Of a stretch of 64,000 bases of DNA, positions 29,474 to 40,240 are shown in pieces; position 1 is the first letter of the stretch; every line of letters starts with the position of its first letter. The notes beneath the pieces were generated by a model. The model worked only from the letters and a program-made list of their open reading frames with translations. It was not told the origin of the DNA and did no database searches. Made by a program: the position numbers and the translations under genes. Source of the DNA: Candidatus Melainabacteria bacterium 17Bon1m. GTDB lineage: Bacteria; Cyanobacteriota; Vampirovibrionia; Obscuribacterales; Obscuribacteraceae. The stretch lies in the NCBI GenBank assembly GCA_032128875.1, contig JAVLKG010000007.1, positions 1 to 64,000 on the forward strand, in the 5' to 3' direction.

Positions 29474-30520
29474 ATGTCTACCAAGTGGACCCCGAAGGTT
29501 GAGAAGGCCGCGGCGCTCTTGAAGGAGCTCGACAAGGTCATCGTCGAGTACGACCACATCAAGCGCCAGATCCTTCTCCTGCTCATCGCGGATCAGCACG
29601 GCTTGCTCAAGTCCATGCCCGGACTCGGCAAGACCATGCTCGTCAATACCCTGCAGAAGTGCATCAAGGGCTCTCGCTCTGCCCGTCTGCAGATGACCCC
29701 TGATATGAAGCCGTCGGACATCCTCGGCTTCGAGTACTTCAACCCGAAGACCGGCGAGATGATGCTCAAGAAGGGGCCGATCGTCGACGCCGACATCCTG
29801 CTCGCGGACGAAGTCAACCGTACCACCGCCAAGACGAACTCTGCACTGCTTCAGGGCATGCAGGAGCGCAAGGTGATGGTCGGCGACGTCTCGTTCGACC
29901 TGAGCCAGATGTTCCTGGTGCTCGCCACCATCAACCCGGCCGAAATGGGCGGTGAAGGTACCTTCACCCTGCCGGAAGCCATGCTCGACCGCTTCACCGC
30001 GTCGCTCGACATGGACTACATCAGCCGCGCCGGCGAAATCGAGATGCTGCGTCGCACCTCGCTGCACGGCCGCGCCGCCACCTCGCAGGTGCAGGAAGTC
30101 CTCACCGTCGAGGACGTCTTCGCCATGCGCGCGGAGTTCGCCCAGGTCGTGGAAAACACGGTGAAGGCGGGCACTCTGCTCGAGTTCATCGTTGACCTCG
30201 TCCGCTCCTCGCGTCCCGGCAAGCCCGAGTTCAAGGCGCTCATGGAGCGCTGCGGCAAGCCGCTGGACGACTACGTGAAGTTCGGCATGTCGCCCCGTGC
30301 GGAAATCGCTTCGCTCAATCTGGCGTGCGCCCTGGCGTACCTGGATGGTCGCAGCGTCGCTACGCCGGACGACGTGAAGGCGGTCTTCCGTGACATCGCC
30401 CGCCACCGCATCATCATGCGGGAGACGGCGGAGATGAACGAGATCACCTCCGACCACGTGATCAACGAGATCCTCGGCCCCGAGAAGGGCGTGCCGATCA
30501 TCGAGCCTCGGGCACGGTAA
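29474..30520 (+). CDS. moxR: MoxR-family AAA+ ATPase, module 1
   Basis: PGLGKT, QMTPDMKPSDILG, LADEVNR, GTFTLPEAMLDRF, SPRA; GGAG RBS. Confidence 0.92.
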   Translation: MSTKWTPKVEKAAALLKELDKVIVEYDHIKRQILLLLIADQHGLLKSMPGLGKTMLVNTLQKCIKGSRSARLQMTPDMKPSDILGFEYFNPKTGEMMLKKGPIVDADILLADEVNRTTAKTNSALLQGMQERKVMVGDVSFDLSQMFLVLATINPAEMGGEGTFTLPEAMLDRFTASLDMDYISRAGEIEMLRRTSLHGRAATSQVQEVLTVEDVFAMRAEFAQVVENTVKAGTLLEFIVDLVRSSRPGKPEFKALMERCGKPLDDYVKFGMSPRAEIASLNLACALAYLDGRSVATPDDVKAVFRDIARHRIIMRETAEMNEITSDHVINEILGPEKGVPIIEPRAR

Positions 30521-30762
30521 GCCGGCTGACTGAGGGAATTTACGGACCCCGCGCCGTGCATGTCACCAGTAATGGTGGCATGCCGGTCGGGTTCTGCAAG
30601 TCTCCAAAGTTCGCTGAATTACCTGCTCTCGCCTCAATCTATAGCGTTTTCACAGACGAAAGCGCTTGTATATCGCATGCATGCGCACGCGTCTTTCACG
30701 AGATGCGTGTGCTTAACATGCGCTTGTTTCTAAGCGCATAGTCCTAAACAGGAGCAATTCCT

Positions 30763-31716
30763 ATGGTGAAGAAATCGACAATGGAGGCGATCAACGAAGC
30801 TCTTCGTATGGTGGCCTCCACACCAATCCCGACCGGCTGGCGTACCACGCAGCCGTACCCGGGCGGAGGCGCGCGCAAGAGCAGGGCTCGAGGTTCAAAC
30901 GGCTGGGAACTGGCCACGCGACTGGAATATGAACCGGGCGACAACGTCCGCGACATTGACTGGCCCGCGACCGCCCAGACCGGTGGACAGCAAGTGCTTG
31001 TCTCGCACAAGCTCGAGCCGCGCGACCTCAAGATCTACATCCTGGCCGACGTTCAGCCGACCATGGATTTCGGTACGTTCCGCACCACCAAGCGCCTGCT
31101 CGGAGTCGAGCTGGCGGCCTCGGTGATGAAGAGTGCGGCCAAGTCCGAAGACAAAGTCGCTTTCATGGCGTTCTCACAAGAACGCGTGGAAGCTCTGGTG
31201 ACGCCTCGTGCACCGCAGAAGGCGATGTTGCCTGCCCTGGTCTCCATGATCGAGGGCGGCAATGTTCCGCGCTGGGGCAACGAGAAGCAGCCGATGTCGG
31301 GTCTGCAGCGGGTTCTGAAGAACCTGCCCACCCGCAAGGCTCTCGTCGTCATCATCTCTGACTTCCTCAACATGACCGACGCCGACCGCGAAGCACTGCG
31401 GAAAACCGCTCAGTTCCATGACGTGATGTGCCTGTGCGTACAGGACCGCCGCGAGCGCGAGCTCCCTGCGGGCATCAAGGTTCTCGGAATGGAGATTGGC
31501 GGACTGTACACGCTGCGCGATTTGCGCACCGGTCAGCGCAAATCGATCTGGCTGTCGAAGGGCAACCGCGAGAAATTCGCGGAGAACTTCCGCCAGCATC
31601 AAGAAGCGTTGGAGGATTTCTTCCGCAAGTCGCACATCGACTTCGGCATCTTCTCCACCGAGGAGGGTGTCGCCGGCCTGCCCAAGGTCGTGCGCCTCTT
31701 CTCGAACCACCGCTAA
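30763..31716 (+). CDS. DUF58 protein (MxaS-like), module 1
   Basis: EYEPGDNVRDIDW, MDFG and IISDF; directly after moxR. Confidence 0.88.
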   Translation: MVKKSTMEAINEALRMVASTPIPTGWRTTQPYPGGGARKSRARGSNGWELATRLEYEPGDNVRDIDWPATAQTGGQQVLVSHKLEPRDLKIYILADVQPTMDFGTFRTTKRLLGVELAASVMKSAAKSEDKVAFMAFSQERVEALVTPRAPQKAMLPALVSMIEGGNVPRWGNEKQPMSGLQRVLKNLPTRKALVVIISDFLNMTDADREALRKTAQFHDVMCLCVQDRRERELPAGIKVLGMEIGGLYTLRDLRTGQRKSIWLSKGNREKFAENFRQHQEALEDFFRKSHIDFGIFSTEEGVAGLPKVVRLFSNHR

Positions 31717-31728
31717 AGGAGCAGAACC

Positions 31729-32919
31729 ATGCGTTCACCTAAAATCTGGTCCGCCCTGCTCCTGGCTGCTGTCGTCTCCGTCTTTTCGGTGACGACTCAG
31801 GCGCAGCAGGTCCCGGGCGCGTATCGTTTCCAGGCTGTTCCTGGTGGCACCACTGGTGTCACCACCGGTCAGCCGAATATGAATGCCGCCGGCGCTGCAT
31901 CGCAGTCCTGCGGTATTGTCTCGACCCCGACCGCTATCGCGCAGGTGCCTCCCGGCTTCCCAGGCTTCCCTGGTGAAGAGGAGCCGCCTGCCGCGGAGCC
32001 GGAAGATCCCAAGCCGGCTAACCCCGTGCAGAAGGTCTGCGAGGACGGTCGCATCATCATCCAGGTCGGCAATGGTCAGCACTTTGGCCATCGCATCATG
32101 GACCTGGTGGAAGTGACGGTTCTCATCGTCGCGGACGAAAACGTCAAGTTCGACTTCAGTTCGCTGGAGAAGGGCGTGATTGGCTTCGAAGGCCAGGACT
32201 TCGATCTGGCGAAGCCGTACCCTCTGGGTGCGCTCGCTCCGGGTCAGGCTCCGGTCAAGATTCAGAGTGCGCCTTACAAGAAGGGTCAGACGATCTATCG
32301 GATCGATCTCATCGTTCAGAGTTCGGTGCCGAAGAAGGCCATTCCGTTCCAGCTCGACCTGCGCTATGCAGTCGACACCGCAGCCGATGGCAAGTCGCCA
32401 AACTGGAAGCGGCTGACTACCCCTGACTTCGTTATCACCACGTCGAATACCGCGGACAACGGCGACGAGCTGCTCGAGGGCGACCTCGAAGCCAAGCCGT
32501 CGACGATGCCGTGGATGATGTGGCCGATGCTGGTCGGCGGTATCTTCCTCACCCTCCTCTGGCCGGGGTTGGTGATTGTGCGTCGCATCAACCGCGAGAA
32601 GCCGATTCGCAAGAGCCCGCCCAACGAGGTGGCCTGGCGCGTTTACCTGCGAGTTCAGAAGCAGGTGGCCGAAACCGGTTGGCAGGAGAAGCACTACAAG
32701 CTCCTGGCCGCTGCCATTCGGCAGTACTTCGGCGTCGATCCTGCCACCATCAACGAAGTTGGTGAGCGGCTCAAGGATCACCCGCAGTTGGAGACGATCA
32801 TGTCGGCTCTGGCCAAGTGCGAAGCGGTGCTCTTCCAGCAGCGTGCACTGTCGGAACACGAGATCAACGAGCTGTGCGAACAGTTCGAAGACCTCATTCC
32901 GCGCCCGATTCTCCTCTGA
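31729..32919 (+). CDS. Signal-peptide + single-TM protein (BatD/MxaA-like), module 1
   Basis: Signal peptide, beta-rich ectodomain (HFGHRIMD), TM, cytoplasmic helical tail; paralogous to 40241-41428. Confidence 0.6.
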   Translation: MRSPKIWSALLLAAVVSVFSVTTQAQQVPGAYRFQAVPGGTTGVTTGQPNMNAAGAASQSCGIVSTPTAIAQVPPGFPGFPGEEEPPAAEPEDPKPANPVQKVCEDGRIIIQVGNGQHFGHRIMDLVEVTVLIVADENVKFDFSSLEKGVIGFEGQDFDLAKPYPLGALAPGQAPVKIQSAPYKKGQTIYRIDLIVQSSVPKKAIPFQLDLRYAVDTAADGKSPNWKRLTTPDFVITTSNTADNGDELLEGDLEAKPSTMPWMMWPMLVGGIFLTLLWPGLVIVRRINREKPIRKSPPNEVAWRVYLRVQKQVAETGWQEKHYKLLAAAIRQYFGVDPATINEVGERLKDHPQLETIMSALAKCEAVLFQQRALSEHEINELCEQFEDLIPRPILL

Positions 32920-33213
32920 GAATCGTAATCGAGGCTACTCGGCACCGCACAGTCACAGCAATGTGGCTGTGCGGCATGCCGTGTGAGCCACGTCTTCAAA
33001 GTACTGCAAAACACTCGCTTAGAACCTCCCTGCTGGCCGCCACCACATGCGGTGACTGGTCAGTAAGGCAGTTCTCCTTCGGCACTAGCTGATTGTGCGG
33101 GAAGTTCGTTGCGTGCTGAGACGAATGCAAATGAATGAAGACTGCCCGAGCGCATGGAATGCGCTCCATTGCAGGATCTCCTGCGGATGCATGGGCAGCA
33201 AGGAGTCCTACCC

Positions 33214-34728
<1,515 letters not shown>

Positions 34729-34876
34729 TTCCTCAAACGCAAAAGAAGCAGTGCTGTTGGTCTTGCACCACCGGCACTGTTTCGCGTTTATGCGCTTGCC
34801 GAAACAAGCGTACATCTGAATCGGCATTACGCGCCGTTCGCAAAGGCGCGTGCCTAACTCTAACTGGAGAACACAA

Positions 34877-36523
34877 ATGCGCAAGATTCTCACGAGTCTG
34901 CTTGTGCTGTGCTTCACGCTTGCCGGTCCCCTGGGCATCGCTCAGGCTGAGACCACGAGCAAGCCGGCCAAGCAGGTGAATCCGATCATCATCATCATGG
35001 GCGCCGATTCCGGGACGCAGGTTCCGGACCCGAATGCCCCTGTCCAGGCGGTTCCTGATGAGAAGGCCAAGCCGGTCAACCCGCTCGATAACGGCGGGCC
35101 GATGCCGGCGGACCTCCAGGAATTCTTCCAGCATCTGTTCGGTCAGATGCAGGCGCAGGTGGCACCACCCACGCCCAAGCAGCTGGAAGACGTCTATAAG
35201 AGCGTCTGGTATCGCATCAACGCCACGTACTACGACCACGACGCGCTGAAGAATTTCGGTCAGTGGAAGAACAAGTACGACGGCAAGCTGACCACGCCGG
35301 CCGAGCTCGAGACTGCCATCAAAGAGATGGCCGGATCGCTGAACGACCGCTGGACCAGCTACACCACTTCCGAAGAGATCAAGCAGTCGATGAGCCAGCA
35401 CAACGCTGGTCTCGAGCCGCTCGGCATGATGTTCAAGCAGCATCAGGACGGCTCCTACGTCATCGATTTCATGGTCTACGGAACGCCCGCGCAGAAGTCG
35501 GATCTTCGCAAAGGCGACACCGTCAAGTCCATCAACGGCAAGGACCTGACCGGACTGACTGCCACCGAGGTCGAGAAATTGACTCTGGTGAAAGCCGGTG
35601 ATGAAGCGACCATCGTCGCTGTCATCGACGGCAAGGACGTCACCGTCACGCTCAAGTCGGCTCCCGCCGACGCGCCGGATTTCGCGGCCAAGCTCCTGCC
35701 GGGCAACATCGCCTACGTGCGACTGCCGAGCTTCGAGAGCGAAGAGATGGTGGCTGGGCTGGTCGGCAATCTGCAGGAGCTCTACAAGGCTTCCGGCGGC
35801 AAGCTCAACGGCCTCGTCCTCGACCTGCGCGGAAACCCTGGCGGCGTCTTCGATTACGCGCGTCAGGTTGCTTCGCTCTTCCTCTCGCAGGGCGTCATCG
35901 TGACCAGCACCACCCGTCAGGGACTGGAGCTTCACGAAGAGCGCTTCAGCGTCGTGAAGGCATGGCCGCATGACTTCGGTGATGCGCCGCCTGAGGCCAT
36001 CGCATTTCTCCACACCCTGGAGACTGTGCCGATGACCGTCCTCACGGACGGCAGCTCTGCCAGCTGCTCTGAAATCTTGACCGGTGCCCTCAAGGACAAC
36101 GGTCGCGCAGTCATCGTCGGTCAGACCACTTACGGCAAGGGCGTCGGATACCAGTCCGGTCGTCACCGTGCCGGTGGCTGGCTGTCCGTGACGTCTTTGA
36201 GCTATCTGACTCCGTCGGGCTACAACCTGGCCAACAAGGGTATCGACCCCGATATCCCGGTTGCTCAGCCGCGTGGCGCTGCTCTGGACGTTCAGCTTGA
36301 CGCTGCCGTGAAGGCGGTGAAGTCGCAGCAGATGACGCCTGCTAAGCCCCAGGGCCAGCAGAGCTCGCCGCTCGCCTTCATCGATCCGAATGGCGTTGTC
36401 GTCAAGGCGGCAATGATTGCTGTCTTCTTCCTGGCCATCGTGCTCTTTGGTGTGCACCTGCACATGCGGGCGCAGGCTGAGGAGAAGAAGAAGAATCCGC
36501 CGCAGAAGAAGGACGGCAAGTAA
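34877..36523 (+). CDS. S41 C-terminal processing protease with PDZ domain and C-terminal TM anchor
   Basis: DLRGNPGG, SASCSE, TYGKG; signal peptide; hydrophobic C-terminal helix plus charged tail. Confidence 0.92.
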   Translation: MRKILTSLLVLCFTLAGPLGIAQAETTSKPAKQVNPIIIIMGADSGTQVPDPNAPVQAVPDEKAKPVNPLDNGGPMPADLQEFFQHLFGQMQAQVAPPTPKQLEDVYKSVWYRINATYYDHDALKNFGQWKNKYDGKLTTPAELETAIKEMAGSLNDRWTSYTTSEEIKQSMSQHNAGLEPLGMMFKQHQDGSYVIDFMVYGTPAQKSDLRKGDTVKSINGKDLTGLTATEVEKLTLVKAGDEATIVAVIDGKDVTVTLKSAPADAPDFAAKLLPGNIAYVRLPSFESEEMVAGLVGNLQELYKASGGKLNGLVLDLRGNPGGVFDYARQVASLFLSQGVIVTSTTRQGLELHEERFSVVKAWPHDFGDAPPEAIAFLHTLETVPMTVLTDGSSASCSEILTGALKDNGRAVIVGQTTYGKGVGYQSGRHRAGGWLSVTSLSYLTPSGYNLANKGIDPDIPVAQPRGAALDVQLDAAVKAVKSQQMTPAKPQGQQSSPLAFIDPNGVVVKAAMIAVFFLAIVLFGVHLHMRAQAEEKKKNPPQKKDGK

Positions 36524-36639
36524 AACTCAAAGACAGGAGCGCTCTCTTTCGAGGAGCGCTCCTGCTCTTCGAGTATCTCTGAGAACCGCTGCGTATGCGG
36601 TTCGAGCTCGGCCAACCGAACAAAACGGAGGGCATAGAA

Positions 36640-36681
36640 ATGGTCAACACGAAAGGAGATCCCATGAAGCTAACTAGGTAG
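36640..36681 (+). promoter_or_regulatory. Candidate leader peptide MVNTKGDPMKLTR
   Basis: GGAGG 8 nt before ATG 36640; AGGAG 5 nt before in-frame ATG 36664; stop overlaps the 5' arm of a long stem. Confidence 0.45.
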
Positions 36682-36836
36682 AGGCGCCGGCGCGCGCTAA
36701 TGTTTTTTGCACAGGACATGCGGCATCTAGCAAATGCTTCGGTCTGTGAAACACGCTCGTCTGCGTGTTTCTAATTCTGTGTGCGAACAGTCACCCTTCA
36801 ACAACTGCGCCGGTGCCTCCTACCAAAGGAGGCATC

Positions 36837-37139
36837 ATGGGCAAATCCCACCGTCACAGCTACAAGAGCTACGATCGCGACGACCACGAAAACCGTGGCA
36901 CCATCTTCGTCAACCTCTCTGAGGTCTACATCACCGACTCCACCGTGCAGAAGCTCCTCGATCGCGATGGCGGTCAGATCGAGCAGATGCGCCGTGACTT
37001 CGAGGATGGGCGTGAGATGTTCCGCTGCGTTCTGCGTCCCCGCGTTGGCGGCGGCTACAACATCGAAGACGGCCGTCACCGCATCATCGCCGCGAAGCTC
37101 GCTGGCGTGTGCTTCATCGAAGCGCTCGTCATCGGCTAA
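36837..37139 (+). CDS. Stand-alone ParB/Sulfiredoxin N-terminal-like domain protein
   Basis: YNIEDGRHRIIAAKLAG motif; AGGAGG RBS; 100 aa, no HTH. Confidence 0.75.
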   Translation: MGKSHRHSYKSYDRDDHENRGTIFVNLSEVYITDSTVQKLLDRDGGQIEQMRRDFEDGREMFRCVLRPRVGGGYNIEDGRHRIIAAKLAGVCFIEALVIG

Positions 37140-37149
37140 CCAGAAAGAG

Positions 37150-37208
37150 AAAGCCGCAGGGACAACTCAGCATCACCGCTGAATCCCTGCGGCTTTTTCA
37201 CCTTTTTG
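37150..37208 (+). terminator. Intrinsic terminator of module 1 operon
   Basis: AAAGCCGCAGGGA/TCCCTGCGGCTTT stem plus T runs. Confidence 0.75.
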
Positions 37209-37293
37209 CTGCGGTTTTTGCCGAGCAAAAAACAGTCTTCATAAATCTCATCGCGTTTCCAAAAACAGAAACGCTACAAACAGGAGTTTCCCT

Positions 37294-37611
37294 ATGAATC
37301 GCGGAACACTGCTGACAGTCATCGGCACCATCCTCAGCGTTGGTGCGCTTGCCGCCTGGGCGTTCGTCGCTCCGGCTGCCGGTTCGGGCTGGATTCTCTT
37401 CGTCGCCTTCATCGGCGCGATGAACCTGCTCAACTCCATCAACAACAGCACGCTCGCCACCATCTCCGGTGTCGTGATCGCAGCTGCATCGGGCTTCATC
37501 TGGTTTACGCACCAGACGCTGCCGGACGTCGGTTGGGTCGGCTTTCTGGCCATCCTTACGGCGCTCGGTGCGCTCAATGCGCTGAACTCGGGCGTCAGTC
37601 GCAACACGTAA
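37294..37611 (+). CDS. Small 4-TM protein with internal duplication
   Basis: AGGAG RBS; GWILFVAFIGAMNLLNS versus GWVGFLAILTALGALNALNS. Confidence 0.65.
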   Translation: MNRGTLLTVIGTILSVGALAAWAFVAPAAGSGWILFVAFIGAMNLLNSINNSTLATISGVVIAAASGFIWFTHQTLPDVGWVGFLAILTALGALNALNSGVSRNT

Positions 37612-37648
37612 CTAGCGTTACAAGTTGCGCTCACCCAGGGAGATAACA

Positions 37649-37954
37649 ATGGACCTTTTCCTCTACATCTTTCTGATCGCCTTTGCGGGCGGTGTTGGGT
37701 TCTTTCTCGGCAGCGGCAATCGCCGTGGACTTCAGGGTTCTCTTCTGCCTGGGCTGATTCCCGGCGTGATCATCAGCTTTCACTTCTGGACGGACGCAAT
37801 GTACCTTCCGGCAGCGCTGATGATCGTTTCGGCAGTAGTCGGCTCGATTGTCTCCAGCCTGACACCCGACTCGAACCGCCTCAAGCGGCTCAGTCGCGAG
37901 CAGTCCGGCTTGAACATCAAGGTCGGATCGTATCGACTGGGCAGGAAAGCCTGA
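37649..37954 (+). CDS. Small 3-TM hypothetical protein
   Basis: GGAG RBS; hydrophobic Gly-rich helices. Confidence 0.6.
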   Translation: MDLFLYIFLIAFAGGVGFFLGSGNRRGLQGSLLPGLIPGVIISFHFWTDAMYLPAALMIVSAVVGSIVSSLTPDSNRLKRLSREQSGLNIKVGSYRLGRKA

Positions 37955-38057
37955 GCGTCTGAAACCGGCGAGGTGGCTGGGATTGTTGCGCTTAAGCGTG
38001 CACACAATCTCAGTCACTTCGTTTTTGGAAATTTTATACTATCTTTTATAGTTTCTC

Positions 38058-38105
38058 AAATCGAAAAAGTGAACGGCTCAGGGCGTCGCGCCAAGAACCG
38101 TTCAC
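38058..38105 (-). terminator. Terminator between the convergent operons
   Basis: GTGAACGG/CCGTTCAC stem with an A run on its left (U tail on the - strand). Confidence 0.55.
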
Positions 38106-38235
38106 CTTCGCAATCGATGGAAGGCCCGCACGCATCCACCCATTGGTGAAAGTCGCGCGCGAGCCTTCGCAGGTTCTCTCAGATAATGCGGCCATTTTGT
38201 CGGGTCAGGTAGCCGCAACCGTTGTCGGCTCCCCA

Positions 38236-39651
38236 TCACACGCTCGTGACGGAAAGCCGGTTTCTCAGGCGGTCATAGCCGACGAACAACCGCTTGCCCA
38301 GAACATCGAGCCTGAGCAGACGAGCCAACTTCAGCATCAGCACCAGGTAGCCGACGACCAGGAACCAGACGAACTTCACCAGTCCGCCCAGCACCGTCTG
38401 CACACGCGCGGGCGTATATTGCCGGTAGCCGGAAGCCACCGCCGCACCGCCCACACCGAGCCAGCCCCAGATGTAGCGGCCGCCCACGACAGCGAGGTCG
38501 CGCGCAGCCACGAACTTGGATGCGACCAATCGGAAGAAGCCAACCAGAAGGTCAGCAACAACTTCCGACAACAGCCGGTCTTCGCTCTTCGGCTGAGGCA
38601 CCGTCACCGACAACTTCTTCACCACCGGCAGTCGCCTTGCGGCAATAGCGATGACGACCGACGCCAGCATGACGAGCATGCACACGCCGTAGAAGTTGAG
38701 GCTCTGGATGAAACCGTTGTTGCGCTGCAAGGCCGCTACGAAAAGCTGCCCGGCAGTCAGCGACATTGCCGCCACGATGGTGGTGACAATCGGCGTCCAG
38801 AGACGTTTCCACCAGCTACTCACCGACGACTGGAAGAAGAACATCCAGATGGCGCAGACGACAGCCAGCGAACAGCTGAAGCGCACCGGATAGCTGCCGA
38901 TGCCGGAAGCCATGGTGACAAACGCCATTGCGCAGAACGCCAGAGCGTAGAACGCACCATCACGCCAACGCAGCCGCCCGACATCGCCGAGCAGCATCAG
39001 TGCCGCCACGGCAAGACCGAAGGCCATGCCGCCGATGTGAGCGGAGAACGCCACACCTGCAGCTTCCTCGGCACCACCGAGCTGCGCCCAGAGCGACATC
39101 CACTGCATGACCATGTACTCACCCAGGAAGAACACGCTCAGGGTGGTGATCAGGTTGAAGGTCGGCGTCATCCCGTCCACGCGAGCGCGCGGATAGTACA
39201 GGACATAGGCGCCGAGCACTCCACCGATGGCACCGGAAGCTCCCAGAATGTGCCCGGTTCCCGACGTGTCGGTAGCCAGGAAGGTGAGCGTCGCCGCAAT
39301 ACCCGAGAGCAGGTAGAAGGCGGCGAACCGGCCGTGACCCATCCTCGCTTCGAGCGCGGGCGCGAAGCAGAAGAAGAACCACATGTTGCCGAAGATGTGC
39401 GAGAAGCTGCCGTGCAAGAACATCGCCAGGAAAACGGCGATGATGCTCCTGCCGATCAGCCACGGATCGCCTGTGGCGATGCCGGTCGTGAGCACGTCAC
39501 GAACGGGCAGCCAGCTGGTGATGGTGGTGTTCATCACGCCGCTGGTGTCGAGAGTGATCTGCCCGATGTACATCAGCACATTGAGCGCGAAGATCGTCAC
39601 CGACACCCAGGCGAACTTGGTATAGCGCAGATTGTCCTTGAGAGGAATCAT
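38236..39651 (-). CDS. Rhomboid intramembrane serine protease with long C-terminal extension
   Basis: MIPLKD start, FLHGSFSHIFGNM, GASG, AHIGG. Confidence 0.92.
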   Translation of the reverse strand: MIPLKDNLRYTKFAWVSVTIFALNVLMYIGQITLDTSGVMNTTITSWLPVRDVLTTGIATGDPWLIGRSIIAVFLAMFLHGSFSHIFGNMWFFFCFAPALEARMGHGRFAAFYLLSGIAATLTFLATDTSGTGHILGASGAIGGVLGAYVLYYPRARVDGMTPTFNLITTLSVFFLGEYMVMQWMSLWAQLGGAEEAAGVAFSAHIGGMAFGLAVAALMLLGDVGRLRWRDGAFYALAFCAMAFVTMASGIGSYPVRFSCSLAVVCAIWMFFFQSSVSSWWKRLWTPIVTTIVAAMSLTAGQLFVAALQRNNGFIQSLNFYGVCMLVMLASVVIAIAARRLPVVKKLSVTVPQPKSEDRLLSEVVADLLVGFFRLVASKFVAARDLAVVGGRYIWGWLGVGGAAVASGYRQYTPARVQTVLGGLVKFVWFLVVGYLVLMLKLARLLRLDVLGKRLFVGYDRLRNRLSVTSV

Positions 39652-40142
39652 GGCCGCACCTCCTTGCCGTCGGAATCGGCAACGATGCCGAACTCAATTT
39701 CTGCAGCCGAGGGGTGACGATTTTGCTCCGCTTCCAGCAGATTGCGCTGCTGGCGACGGAAGTGATACAGCACGAAGAACGCCAGGAAGATGAGCAGTGC
39801 CGCCGCGCGGAAAGGCGTCCACAACTGCGGCAGGACGGACACGAAAGTGCCGATCCCGGGCAGCTTCTTCAGCCACTCCAACGTCTCCTTGAGGTATTTC
39901 TGCACGGTGGCAGTTTCCTCGTCGATGTCGGCAGTCCGCTCGGCCTTGGGCCGCTTCTTCGCCTGCTGAGCCAGATAGACGTCGGGCTGACTGTCCGACG
40001 CCACCAGATGCGGTGACAGCTCGGTCGCCGAGAGCGCCGGTTGTGCCATCGCGGGAGATGCGATGCCGACCAGCGCAACAGCCGACGCGACCGCCAGTGA
40101 GAGCAAGACCGCTCTCACGCGCAAGACGATTCTGTTGATCAT
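39648..40142 (-). CDS. Signal-peptide + C-terminal TM hypothetical protein
   Basis: AMA|Q signal, TM AAALLIFLAFFVLY followed by HFRR; ATGA overlap with rhomboid. Confidence 0.7.
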   Translation of the reverse strand: MINRIVLRVRAVLLSLAVASAVALVGIASPAMAQPALSATELSPHLVASDSQPDVYLAQQAKKRPKAERTADIDEETATVQKYLKETLEWLKKLPGIGTFVSVLPQLWTPFRAAALLIFLAFFVLYHFRRQQRNLLEAEQNRHPSAAEIEFGIVADSDGKEVRP

Positions 40143-40240
40143 TGGAAGCTCCTAACTATGTTCTGAACGGCTACACGCCGCCCGTTTCTGCAACCGGCAC
40201 AATTGCCGATCGCCAGTTGGGACGGCAGGGCTGCCGTCCG

